From positions 1 to 50,741 of IMG/VR virus record IMGVR_UViG_3300032295_002749: DNA of 50,741 nt; one strand, written 5' to 3'. Every line of letters starts with the position of its first letter. Position 1 is the first letter of the stretch. The position numbers were made by a program, and so were the translations under genes. The notes under the pieces were generated by a model. The model was not told where the DNA came from and made no database searches. It saw only the letters and a program-made list of their open reading frames with translations. Positions 10,301 to 19,100 of the stretch are shown piece after piece. The DNA is from a virus (Duplodnaviria; Caudoviricetes).

Positions 10301-11250
10301 TTAATGTAAAAGGATATGGATATGGAGCAAATTCTGTAGTTGATTTTAAAGTTGTATTTTATGACTATAATATTCCTCCGGCTCCTACAAATTATAGTAT
10401 AGTAGATAGCGGTAATGATGGGTTAATAAAATACTTGGGTAAAGATGCTAGTGGATATGTTTATATAGCATTTGGAGGTCTTTCAGATTCAAATTATTTT
10501 TATAGATTTACAGTAGATTGTATAGTAACATTATATCCTGGTACAGATTATTCAAGTGGATGGAGTTTTACTCAAACAACATCTGCAAACTATGGATTAA
10601 GTGCCCTATATGCATTAAATCCTGCTATAACACAAAGAACAAGTGGAAATGTTGGTATAGGTACTATAACACCTTCATCTTCATTACATATTAATAACAA
10701 TAATGCACAAGGTGTTATTATTGGAACTACTACTGGTAGTATTGGAACTGTACAGCTTGTAGGTGGTGCTTCTTCTTCTCCTACATCAGGTAGACTATTA
10801 TTTGGAGCCGATAATACCGGTTGGCAATTTAGAATTGCTAAAAATGTTGCAGGTACTATAACTGATTTATTTTCTATACAAGATGCTACAGGCACAGTTA
10901 CTGTTACCGGAGACGTAGTAGCTTATGGTTCACCTTCGGATATTAATCTTAAAACAAATATTAAACCACTAACAGGATCTTTAGATAAGATTACAAAGCT
11001 TCAAGGTGTATCTTTCACTTGGAAAGAAGATACAGAAGTAAATAAAATGACAGGCATAACAGATGACATTGGATTTATAGCTCAAGAAGTAAAAGAAATC
11101 ATCCCTGAATTAGTTAGAGAAAATGAAAATGGATTATTCTCTTTAAGAGATAAAAGTATAACTGCTTTATTAGTTGAAGCAATAAAAGAACAACAAAAAC
11201 AAATAGAAAATTTACAGCAACAAATTAATTATTTAACAGAAAACAAATAG
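7345..11250 (+). CDS. Long tail fibre with C-terminal intramolecular chaperone (peptidase S74-type) domain
   Basis: Start moved to ATG 7345 (track used TTG 7339); GEIAINVNDGK anchor; repeated GNVGIGTTTP modules; C-terminal SD.NLK.NI...L.GVSF.WK...GFIAQEV....PELV...LLVEAIKEQQ.QI from 10936. Confidence 0.88.
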   Translation: MPDKILHKRSYTLGSKPTTSNLDALGEIAINVNDGKAFLRKSGSGVDTISEFIITNTVNTGSINLSGSIIVTGSLEVSEIIRLSTSVHLLSNGTSFLNGGNVGIGTTSPLSKLDVNGLIIGGTSSSVDGNAILVGKYFPNLGHLTTFGSNQSSGGPVIGYAIYPSSSFNNFISSITSSVSAARSAFVADSTFRWYTGASQDLNIGVSASLSQKMILDNTGNLGVGVTIPTVRLHVSGDTTLSGSLRVTGSAALTGSLGILGTVSASSFTGSYTGSFTGSYTGSLTGSLLGTASWAGNALTASSANDFIIRADAFDFTGSINVTGSITLTGSLNAPTITGSLLGTSSWAISASFTAFARSASYASGSTSASFATSASFTAFAISASYASGSTSASFATSASFASTASSADNFTVRGTLTAQTIVAQTITSSINFVTGSTRFGSLISNTHQFTGSVSITGSLNVIGAGITGSHTGSFTGSLIGTASWAQSASRAITASYADNSNLLDGLDSTVFVLTSSFNTYTSSINSFSASILSYTASLNAKTSSFATTGSNSFNGNQTITGSVIMSGSAGIELTVVGDQVNTGSLRVTGSATLTGSLNILGAVSASSFTGSYTGSFTGSLLGTASWAQSASNAVTAAFASNATLFDGLDSTIFATTGSNTFRGNQLISGSLRVTGSVILTGSLNITGSGATMVRIESQDGSDSYPTLYIEGNKTGSTPATATLIELRSNTDVRARGIHMTTADSNIRWFAGMAYNGGTTSGYQIGYDPTTNGLPYYAQSASLFIDNSRRVGIGTTTPRDALDVVGSIILRSGYNLSWGNTYGAGVPTIVGVSGSNAGISFYPAGSTSGIKVLINNTGNVGIGTTTPTTGKVQIDTITANNNAITLQASTQTSITYGLGIDASSNFAIYDNFSTAQRVTMNGSGNVGINTTNPFTKLQVSGSLSQKNGNVTEYKNVVNYALNGTGTGGYLIKTPFLIGTSFEMVIINVKGYGYGANSVVDFKVVFYDYNIPPAPTNYSIVDSGNDGLIKYLGKDASGYVYIAFGGLSDSNYFYRFTVDCIVTLYPGTDYSSGWSFTQTTSANYGLSALYALNPAITQRTSGNVGIGTITPSSSLHINNNNAQGVIIGTTTGSIGTVQLVGGASSSPTSGRLLFGADNTGWQFRIAKNVAGTITDLFSIQDATGTVTVTGDVVAYGSPSDINLKTNIKPLTGSLDKITKLQGVSFTWKEDTEVNKMTGITDDIGFIAQEVKEIIPELVRENENGLFSLRDKSITALLVEAIKEQQKQIENLQQQINYLTENK
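8392..8535 (+). repeat. 72-bp tandem duplication (SASFTAFAxSASYASGSTSASFAT x2)
   Basis: Two adjacent 24-codon copies differing mostly at synonymous positions. Confidence 0.85.
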
Positions 11251-11252
11251 TA

Positions 11253-11657
11253 ATGGAACTTATTTACAATTGGAACTTTAATCCACTAGAATCGTATCCT
11301 ACAGCATCGGGACAAACAGATGTAGTATTCTTAGTACATTGGCAAGTAAATGCTGAAACAGGCTCTTACTCATCTAGAGTAATAGGAACCCAACACGTAG
11401 AATACACCTCGGAATCAGTATTTATTCCTTTTAATGAATTAACATTTGATACTGTTTATGGTTGGGTTACTTCTTCTATGGGAGAAGAACAATATAATAA
11501 TCTTACAGCTAGTTTAATCCAAAATATAGAAACCCAAATCAATCCACCTGTATTATTGCAACAAGCACCTTGGTTAACTACTAGCACAACAACAACTACA
11601 ACAACTATAGAAGAAATTACAACTAGCACAACTACAACAACTACTACAATAGAATAA
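11253..11657 (+). CDS. Tail-fibre-associated small protein with C-terminal poly-Thr tail
   Basis: 134 aa; DVV..VHW...FIPFNELT...V.GWV...I..QINP...PW pattern directly after an S74 fibre; two Thr runs at the end. Confidence 0.65.
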   Translation: MELIYNWNFNPLESYPTASGQTDVVFLVHWQVNAETGSYSSRVIGTQHVEYTSESVFIPFNELTFDTVYGWVTSSMGEEQYNNLTASLIQNIETQINPPVLLQQAPWLTTSTTTTTTTIEEITTSTTTTTTTIE

Positions 11658-11667
11658 AACTTAGATT

Positions 11668-11850
11668 ATGTACATTGTTTTAAAACAATTTATTCCTGGA
11701 AATGATCAAATTTGGGTTGCAAAATTAGATCCTAATGACCCAGAATATATCTATCCAACAGAACAAGAAGCAATAAATCAGGCACTGATATTGCAAAATG
11801 AAGATATTACAGGCAGACAATATAAAGTAGCACTTTACAACCAACAATAA
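11668..11850 (+). CDS. Hypothetical protein (60 aa)
   Basis: Fills the gap exactly, TAATG-coupled to the next gene. Confidence 0.6.
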   Translation: MYIVLKQFIPGNDQIWVAKLDPNDPEYIYPTEQEAINQALILQNEDITGRQYKVALYNQQ

Positions 11851-13142
11851 TGGCATTACCTGCTAGTGGACCTATATCGATGAGTATGATTAGAACCGAA
11901 CTCCAAAATGGTGGAAAGACGTCTGATTTAAGCTTAACTTTTTTAGGTTCAATGTCAGGAAGTGGCGCTAACCGAACATCAGGATATACTCCTATAAATC
12001 AAAGCTCATTAACTAAACCAAGTTCTTTACTTCCTGCAGGTATAAGTGAATGGTATAGCTATGATCATGTTACTAATAAAGCATGTGGAAACCCACTTAA
12101 TCTTAATTTAGGAGCATATTATTCTTATGTTAGATACGAAGTAACAGGAGTAGTAGGGTCAACCTCTACAACTCAAATGACAATGCCTACCAACCCAGGT
12201 AATACTATTAAATGTCATATATACACTGGTTCTTATCCGTTTACTAATTTAGGAACATTAACTGGTACTCCTGTATTTAATGGTACTTTTACATCTGCTG
12301 GTTCACAATTTTATAGTTTCAATTTAGCTTCAACTTCAACTATATTGCATGTGATTGCTTGGGATGAAACTGTAGCTGTTGGGAATTATTTATTTGCTGT
12401 AAATCCATCTTGTGGAACAACAACTACTACTACAACTCAACCACCATTAACAATAGTTAATAGTGCTGTTACTTGTAGTGGTACAGTAGGAGGATTCACA
12501 TCAAGCTTTAGTGGTGGTAGTGGAACTTATCATACAGCAGCAATTGATAATTCACAAGCTAACGTTGCTAACTTAATTGGTGGTGGTGCCGGTTCTGGTA
12601 CAGGAACTAGAGTAATACTTAGTTCAGGTGCTACTTCTTATAATTGGACTAGCATAGCAAATGGAACTTGGTATACTGCTGTTAGAGATTCTACTCCTAC
12701 AACTACTGTTCAAAATACTGGTGTAGTTGTAAACTGTACTACTACAACTACAAGTACTACAACTACAACAACAACTGTTGTATATAGTGCTGACATACGA
12801 GTTGGAGTTCAAGGAACTAATTCACCAGCAAGTGTAAGAGTTTACTATAGAATAAATGGTGGTTCCTGGGTATTATTAGGAACAAGAACAAACCCACCAA
12901 GTTCAGCATGTAATGAAACACTTATAGGTACTGTTAGTGGCATATCTAGTGGAGCTACTCTTGAAGTAGGATTAACAAATACAAGTGATGGAAATATCAG
13001 GTTCTCAGCAGGTAATGGTACTCAGTGTGGTGCTACTAGCTTTATACTTTGTGGTAGAACAACTACTTTCTCTCAAACTATTACTTCTGGTACTACTATT
13101 TATGCTGTTGCTCAATACAGTGCCGGACTTGTAACATGTTAA
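11850..13142 (+). CDS. Putative fibre-tip adhesin / receptor-binding protein with poly-Thr linkers
   Basis: 430 aa; N-terminus MALPASGPISMSMIRTEL of the kind seen downstream of S74 fibres; Cys-bounded beta domains separated by Thr runs. Confidence 0.65.
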   Translation: MALPASGPISMSMIRTELQNGGKTSDLSLTFLGSMSGSGANRTSGYTPINQSSLTKPSSLLPAGISEWYSYDHVTNKACGNPLNLNLGAYYSYVRYEVTGVVGSTSTTQMTMPTNPGNTIKCHIYTGSYPFTNLGTLTGTPVFNGTFTSAGSQFYSFNLASTSTILHVIAWDETVAVGNYLFAVNPSCGTTTTTTTQPPLTIVNSAVTCSGTVGGFTSSFSGGSGTYHTAAIDNSQANVANLIGGGAGSGTGTRVILSSGATSYNWTSIANGTWYTAVRDSTPTTTVQNTGVVVNCTTTTTSTTTTTTTVVYSADIRVGVQGTNSPASVRVYYRINGGSWVLLGTRTNPPSSACNETLIGTVSGISSGATLEVGLTNTSDGNIRFSAGNGTQCGATSFILCGRTTTFSQTITSGTTIYAVAQYSAGLVTC

Positions 13143-13190
13143 TATTTATTAATGGCTATATATATAGCTGTAACCGTTAGTATATACTAA
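13142..13190 (+). promoter_or_regulatory. ATATTTAT motif followed by two perfect 14-bp palindromes
   Basis: ATATTTAT 13142-13149; GCTATATATATAGC 13155-13168; TTAGTATATACTAA 13177-13190; ATG 13194. Confidence 0.65.
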
Positions 13191-13193
13191 AAG

Positions 13194-13757
13194 ATGGCTA
13201 ATCAATTTCTAAAACTGCGCCGCTCTGCGGTACCGGGTAGAATCCCAAGTACATCATCACTTGATTTTGGTGAGATAGCTCTCAACACATACGACGGTTT
13301 AATCTTTATAAAAAAATCTGGTTCTGCTGGTGAACAAGTTGTTACAATCGGCTCTACTTCTGGTTCATTTTTTGGTTCATTTACAGGTTCATTACTTGGA
13401 ACTGCCAGTTGGGCACAAAATGCTGTAACAGCATCTTATGTTACTGCTGCCAATGTTGCTGGTTTATCTCTATTTCAAATAACAACTGGTAGTATAACAG
13501 CAAGTGTCGGGTTAGGAGCAAATGATTTATTTTTAATCAAATCCGGAAGTACTACTTATTTTAATATATCAAGCAGTGGGGATACTACAATTAATACTAA
13601 TAAATTTGTAGTACGAAATCTAACAACACAACAACCCGTATTAACTGTAAGTCAAAGTGTAATTCAATTTACAACTCAATCTGCTGACCCTATAGGAAGT
13701 GCAGATATAGGAGGAATTATTTTTACTTCAACAGCAATGTATATTGGTCTTAACTAA
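13194..13757 (+). CDS. Short fibre/adaptor protein with GEIALNTYDG anchor domain
   Basis: 187 aa; LKLRRSAVPGRIP...GEIALNTYDG is paralogous to the 3975 and 7345 N-termini. Confidence 0.72.
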   Translation: MANQFLKLRRSAVPGRIPSTSSLDFGEIALNTYDGLIFIKKSGSAGEQVVTIGSTSGSFFGSFTGSLLGTASWAQNAVTASYVTAANVAGLSLFQITTGSITASVGLGANDLFLIKSGSTTYFNISSSGDTTINTNKFVVRNLTTQQPVLTVSQSVIQFTTQSADPIGSADIGGIIFTSTAMYIGLN

Positions 13758-13761
13758 ACAC

Positions 13762-13769
13762 ATATTTAT
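13762..13769 (+). promoter_or_regulatory. ATATTTAT motif
   Basis: Intergenic, 28 nt before ATG 13798. Confidence 0.6.
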
Positions 13770-13797
13770 TAATGTATAAATCTAAAATAAAAGTATA

Positions 13798-15597
13798 ATG
13801 GCAACTTGGAAAAAAGTCATAGTCTCTGGAAGCGCAGCTAATTTAGCTTCCTTACAAGTAGACAACCTCGCATCAGGATCAGTAGTAATTGGTGGTGGGT
13901 CAGGTAATTTATCTACAACAGCAATTAACGGTACTGGAAACATAGTCGCAACTTCTAACGCTAGTGGATTAACCCATTCTGGATCATTTAGTGGTTCATT
14001 TATAGGTAGTGGTGCTGGATTAAGTGGAGTTGCCGCCAGCTTTCCAGTAACTGAAAAAACCAACTTAGTAACTGCTGATAAATTCTTTATTCAGAATAGT
14101 GTTGGCACTACTAGTGAATTTGTTACTTATGGTAACTTATTAACTGATTTAGCAGGTACTAACTTGGCAGTTGAAGGTACTGATAGCTTAACACTAGCCT
14201 CTACTATTACTGGACTTACTTCAGTAAGTGCTACTAGTTTTACTGGTAGTTTTAGTGGTTCTCATTTTGGACCATTAACAGGTACTGCTTCTTATGCTTC
14301 TCAAGCATTAAGTTCCTCGTTTGCTTCTCAAGCTGCTAATGCTACTACTGCATCTTATATACTTCAAGCAGTGTCTGCTTCGTTTGCAACTTTAGCCCAA
14401 ACAGCCAATACAGCATCTTTTGTTACAACTGCTCAAACAGCATCATACGTGTTAAATGCAGTATCTGCTGCTTTTGCTACCAATGCAGCTAATGCTAGCA
14501 CAGCATCATTTGTAACTACTGCCCAAACAGCATCCTTTGTAGCAACAGCCTCATTTGCAAACAATGCTAATTTATTAGATGGATTAGATAGTACTATATT
14601 TGCAACTACTGGTTCAAATACATTTAGAGCTAATCAAATTATTAGCGGTACTTTAGAAGTAATACCAGCAGGTGCTGCTGTAGCTGAATTAGTAGTAACA
14701 GCTACTGGTGTTAATATAGGTAATTTAGCTGGAGACATTCATAATGTTACTGGTTCTCTTAGAGTAAATGGTTCAATTACAGGTAGTTTACTTGGAACAG
14801 CATCATACGCTTCTCAAGCATTAAGCTCATCATTTGCCTCTACAGCTCAGACAGCTAATACAGCTTCGTTTGTAGCTGCAGCCAATGTTGTTGGAACTGT
14901 AACAAGTGCTTCTTATGCCTTAACAGCTTCGTTTGCTGCTAATGGAGGAACTTTAAATAATGCCTTAACATTTGGAACAGGATTATCAGGTAGTACTTCA
15001 ACATTCAATGGTTCAACCGCTGTAACAGTAGCAATTTCTGGATCTTCAGCTTTAACTACTAACTTAATTCCAAAATGGACTGGAACTGGCTTAGCCAATT
15101 CTAATATTACAGATACTGGTACTCAAGTACAAATTGGATCTGGTGCATCAAGTGGTGTAACAGTAGCTGCTGGTGGTATTAGTGTAACAGGTAATTCAAC
15201 TTTTAATAATAACTTAACAGTAACTGGTGACTTAACAGTTAATGGTACTGCTTCGTTTATTAATTCTACTAATACTTACATTAAAGATCAGTTTGTACAA
15301 ATTAATAGTGGATCAAGTACACTTCTAGATTCTGGTCTTGTATCACAATACAATGCTGCTGGTTCTGGATCTGCATTCTACTTAGACGCAGGTACTACAG
15401 GTCCTTACGGAAGATGGGCAGTTGCTTATGATGTATTAGGTACTTCAACTGCAGTAACTCCTGATGAATATGTAGTAACAGCTAAAATAAACCAAGCATC
15501 AAATCCAACTACTGCTGTTCCAACATGGGGTTCTGGTTCTAATGGATCAGGAAATATGTGGATTACTAATGCTGGTGATATATTTATATATGCCTAA
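13798..15597 (+). CDS. Fibre-like virion protein (WKKVIVSGS family)
   Basis: 599 aa; MATWKKVIVSGS start shared with 16157; TASF repeats; LTVTGDLTVNGT...I.D..V.IN module. Confidence 0.75.
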   Translation: MATWKKVIVSGSAANLASLQVDNLASGSVVIGGGSGNLSTTAINGTGNIVATSNASGLTHSGSFSGSFIGSGAGLSGVAASFPVTEKTNLVTADKFFIQNSVGTTSEFVTYGNLLTDLAGTNLAVEGTDSLTLASTITGLTSVSATSFTGSFSGSHFGPLTGTASYASQALSSSFASQAANATTASYILQAVSASFATLAQTANTASFVTTAQTASYVLNAVSAAFATNAANASTASFVTTAQTASFVATASFANNANLLDGLDSTIFATTGSNTFRANQIISGTLEVIPAGAAVAELVVTATGVNIGNLAGDIHNVTGSLRVNGSITGSLLGTASYASQALSSSFASTAQTANTASFVAAANVVGTVTSASYALTASFAANGGTLNNALTFGTGLSGSTSTFNGSTAVTVAISGSSALTTNLIPKWTGTGLANSNITDTGTQVQIGSGASSGVTVAAGGISVTGNSTFNNNLTVTGDLTVNGTASFINSTNTYIKDQFVQINSGSSTLLDSGLVSQYNAAGSGSAFYLDAGTTGPYGRWAVAYDVLGTSTAVTPDEYVVTAKINQASNPTTAVPTWGSGSNGSGNMWITNAGDIFIYA

Positions 15598-15599
15598 TA

Positions 15600-15607
15600 A
15601 TATTTAT
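15600..15607 (+). promoter_or_regulatory. ATATTTAT motif
   Basis: Directly after stop 15597; favours ATG 15630 over 15606 as the next start. Confidence 0.5.
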
Positions 15608-15629
15608 GATTAATAAAATAAAACAGTTT

Positions 15630-15839
15630 ATGGGTTTCAATTCAAAAAACATGGTTGTATCTAGTGATAACCAACAATCTCAAAATATTCCAATTCCTGT
15701 TAGCGAGTTTTCGCTACAGGAGTTGGAAATCCTTTTAATAGCATTAAGAGAATGTAATTTAAAAGGTTCTCAAATTGAATTATTCTACAATTTAGTGTTG
15801 AAAATACAAAATAAATATTTGCTTCAAAAGCAACAATAA
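15630..15839 (+). CDS. Small helical protein, possible fibre-assembly chaperone
   Basis: Start likely MGFNSKN at 15630; FSLQELEILL...LKGSQIE...LVLKIQ resembles the next ORF. Confidence 0.6.
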   Translation: MGFNSKNMVVSSDNQQSQNIPIPVSEFSLQELEILLIALRECNLKGSQIELFYNLVLKIQNKYLLQKQQ

Positions 15840-15855
15840 AATTTAAATAATAGTT

Positions 15856-16071
15856 ATGGATATTTTTTCAATTGATGTAACTCATAATGAGTTAGCATTT
15901 CTACGTCAATCTTTAGATGTTGTTTCTGTATCAGGTAAAGATGCTAAATTTTTAGCTAATCTACAAACTAAAATAGAAACAGAACTAATCCAGATTGAAC
16001 AGATAAAACAAGCTGAAGAACAAAAAAAAAGAGAAAGTCTTCAACAAATATTAACTCAAGAAAATAGTTAA
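15856..16071 (+). CDS. Small coiled-coil protein, possible fibre-assembly chaperone
   Basis: 71 aa; VTHNELAFLR...VSGKDAK..ANLQTKIE. Confidence 0.65.
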   Translation: MDIFSIDVTHNELAFLRQSLDVVSVSGKDAKFLANLQTKIETELIQIEQIKQAEEQKKRESLQQILTQENS

Positions 16072-16078
16072 TATTTAT
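16071..16078 (+). promoter_or_regulatory. ATATTTAT motif
   Basis: Precedes a 78-nt structured leader. Confidence 0.6.
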
Positions 16079-16089
16079 CGATAACAACA

Positions 16090-16145
16090 TTTGTTGGCCC
16101 ACACGGGGAGTAGGCTTGATGTAGTGTCAAGTTTCTAACCACAAA
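16090..16145 (+). ncRNA. Candidate structured cis-regulatory RNA in the 5' leader of the 16157 fibre gene
   Basis: GC-richer than other gaps; closing stem TTTGT(T)GG/CCACAAA encloses hairpins CCC-ACAC-GGG (16098-16107) and CTTGAT-GTAGT-GTCAAG (16115-16131). Confidence 0.5.
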
Positions 16146-16156
16146 CTGTATTTGAA

Positions 16157-19100
16157 ATGCCAAATTGGAAAAAAGTCATTGTATCTGGCTCGGATGCCAG
16201 TCTAAATTCGTTATTTGTTACTAATGCTGTAACTGCTTCTAGATTTTCTGGTTCATTTACTGGGTCGTTATTTGGTACTGCTTCTTGGGCATCAAATGCT
16301 GTTTTATTAAATAATACTTCATCAACTGTATTTGCTACTACTAGCTCAAACATATTTGTTGGAAATCAAACAATAACAGGAAGCCTTTCGATCTCAGGCT
16401 CTAGTTCTACTTCATCTTACCTACTTAATGCTTCTGGTACATCAAGACTTACAACTTTACATGTTGAAAATTTAAGAAATCCTGACCCATTTGCATCAGG
16501 TAGAATAGATCTATTTGTTACAAACAATCCAGGGGATGCTGCATATGCAAAATTATCAGTTCTAGTTGGAGGTAGTCCATATTCAACAATAATAAGAGCA
16601 TCAGGTGAGAATGGTGGAACTACAACCATGCTAATTGATGCACCCCTTCCAGGAGGAGAAATATATATTGGAACAAGTGGTGCTAATAGATGGACATTTA
16701 GTGGTAACTATAATTCTTTAGGTACAGGACATATATTACCTGCTGGAGATTCTCTTTATAATATAGGACATATAACTAGCAAAGTTGCTAATTATTATGG
16801 AGTAAATAGTTATTTATCGAATTTACTAAGTGTAACAGGATCTGCAATTATTTCAGGAAGCACAGTAATAACAGGATCATTAAATATTACTAATGGAATA
16901 ACAGGATCATTATTAGGTACAGCATCTTTTGCAACTAGTGCATCTCAAGCTACTACTGCTTCATATATACTCCAAGCAGTATCTGCTTCGTTTGCATCAA
17001 CAGCATCAAGTGCTGATAACTTTTTAGTACGAGGTACATTAACTGCTCAAACAATAGTTGCTCAAGTTATTACATCGTCTACTGATTTTGTAACTGGATC
17101 AACAAGATTTGGTAGCTTACTTGGAGATACACATCAATTTACGGGTAGTGTTAGTATAACTGGAAGTGCAAATATAAATTCTAGTTTAACAGTATCAGGC
17201 TCCTTAGGCCAAACAAGTATATCAAACAATGGGGAAACAGCTGTACGTGTAACTCGAAACTCAGGGAATAATTTTGTAAATGTTCAATTTATCAACAATG
17301 TTGCTGGAAGTGCTGCTAATACTACACTAGAATTATCAGTTTCAGGAAGTAATAATACACTTATAACTAAAAGATCTGCAACTGCTGTTACAGCACTTGA
17401 TCAGATTAAAGCAAATGATTTTGTTTTATATAATACTACAGCAGGAGATATAGTATTATTTAATACAGCACCCAATGGAAACATTATTTTTTCTGCAGGA
17501 ACAACATCAACAAGAGAGATGTTTATATCTGCATCAGGTCAAGTAGGAATAGGAACTTCTTCTCCCCTAACTGCTCTTCATGTAGTTGGAACAGTATCTG
17601 CTTCTGCTGTAGAAGCTATTTCAATTACTGGTTCTTTATTAGGTACAGCAACAACAGCATCCTTTGTAACAACGGCACAAACAGCATCTTTTGTTAATAC
17701 ACTTAACCAAAGTGTAATAATAACTGGTTCTTTAACAGTAGGGTCTTCATCATTAGGAGCTAATGAAAATACTATAACTTTAGGAGCTCGTGATACAGCA
17801 AATGAAGGAGGTCAAATCGGCTTTAATGCTCCTGGTGGTACTTATACTTCTGCTTCTTTTATTGATAACTGGCAAAATCAAATTAGAATATTAAGAGGCA
17901 CAAATGCTACTAGTGATGCTACAGTAGCAACTTGGAATTTGCATACTAAACAAATGCAATTACCTGCCTATACTGGCGCTTCCTCATTCCCAGGAACAGC
18001 AACAGCTAATTTAGCAGTTGATTCTGGTGGTAATGTAATAACAGTATCAACATCAGGAGGAAGTGTTTTCCCTTATACAGGAAATGCAGTTATAACAGGT
18101 TCTTTAACAGTAACCCAACCAATTTATGTTCCTATAAATGGAGCCATGTACTTTCAAGGAGGAGATGATGCCGCTCTATATGATATCAACGTAGTTAACA
18201 CTATGGGTATTTATGGTGTTCAGGATATAACCGTTGGTTCTGTTAAATTGGGTAGTAATGGTGGAACAATTTCAGGAAGAAGTGGTAGTATAGGTATAGG
18301 CACTATAACTCCCAACTCAGCTTCTTTACACGTAAGTGGTAATGTTTGGGCTACTTCATTTACAGGATCATTATTAGGAACAGCTACTACTGCTTCTTAT
18401 GTGCTTCAAGCGGTATCTGCTTCGTTTGCAACCTTAGCTCAAACAGCCAATACAGCATCCTTTGTTACAACCGCTCAAACGGCATCTTTTGTAACAACTG
18501 CTCAAACAGCATCTTTTGTTACAACTGCTCAAACGGCATCCTATGTACTTCAAGCAGTAAGTGCTTCAAACGCTAATCTATTAGACGGATTAGATTCAAC
18601 TGTATTTGCAACTACTGGTTCAAATACATTTATTGGCAACCAAACAGTAACTGGCTCAGTAATATTATCTGGCTCTGCTGGTGTTGAGTTAACAATATTA
18701 GGAGATCAAGTTAATACTGGATCTTTAACTGTTCGTTCAGGAAGTGTTACAATCAACACTGGAAGTCTTGTTATTAATTCTGGATCAATTACTGTAAATA
18801 CAAATGGTGATTCTAGAGTATTTGCTTCAACTTTTCGTCCAGTAGGATCTTTTGGACAAAATTTATATATAGGACATGCTGGTACTACAAATACTTTTAC
18901 AGCAGGTACTGAGGCTGCTGTTAATACTTCTGTAGGAGTGAATGCTTTAAATAATAATACAACGGGATATGCTAATACTGCCTTAGGAAATTCAGCTTTA
19001 AATCTTTGTAATACAGGTTATCAAAATACAGCAGTTGGGTATCTTTCATTACAATCAATAACTAATGGAAGAAATAATGCTGCTTTAGGAGATTCTACAA

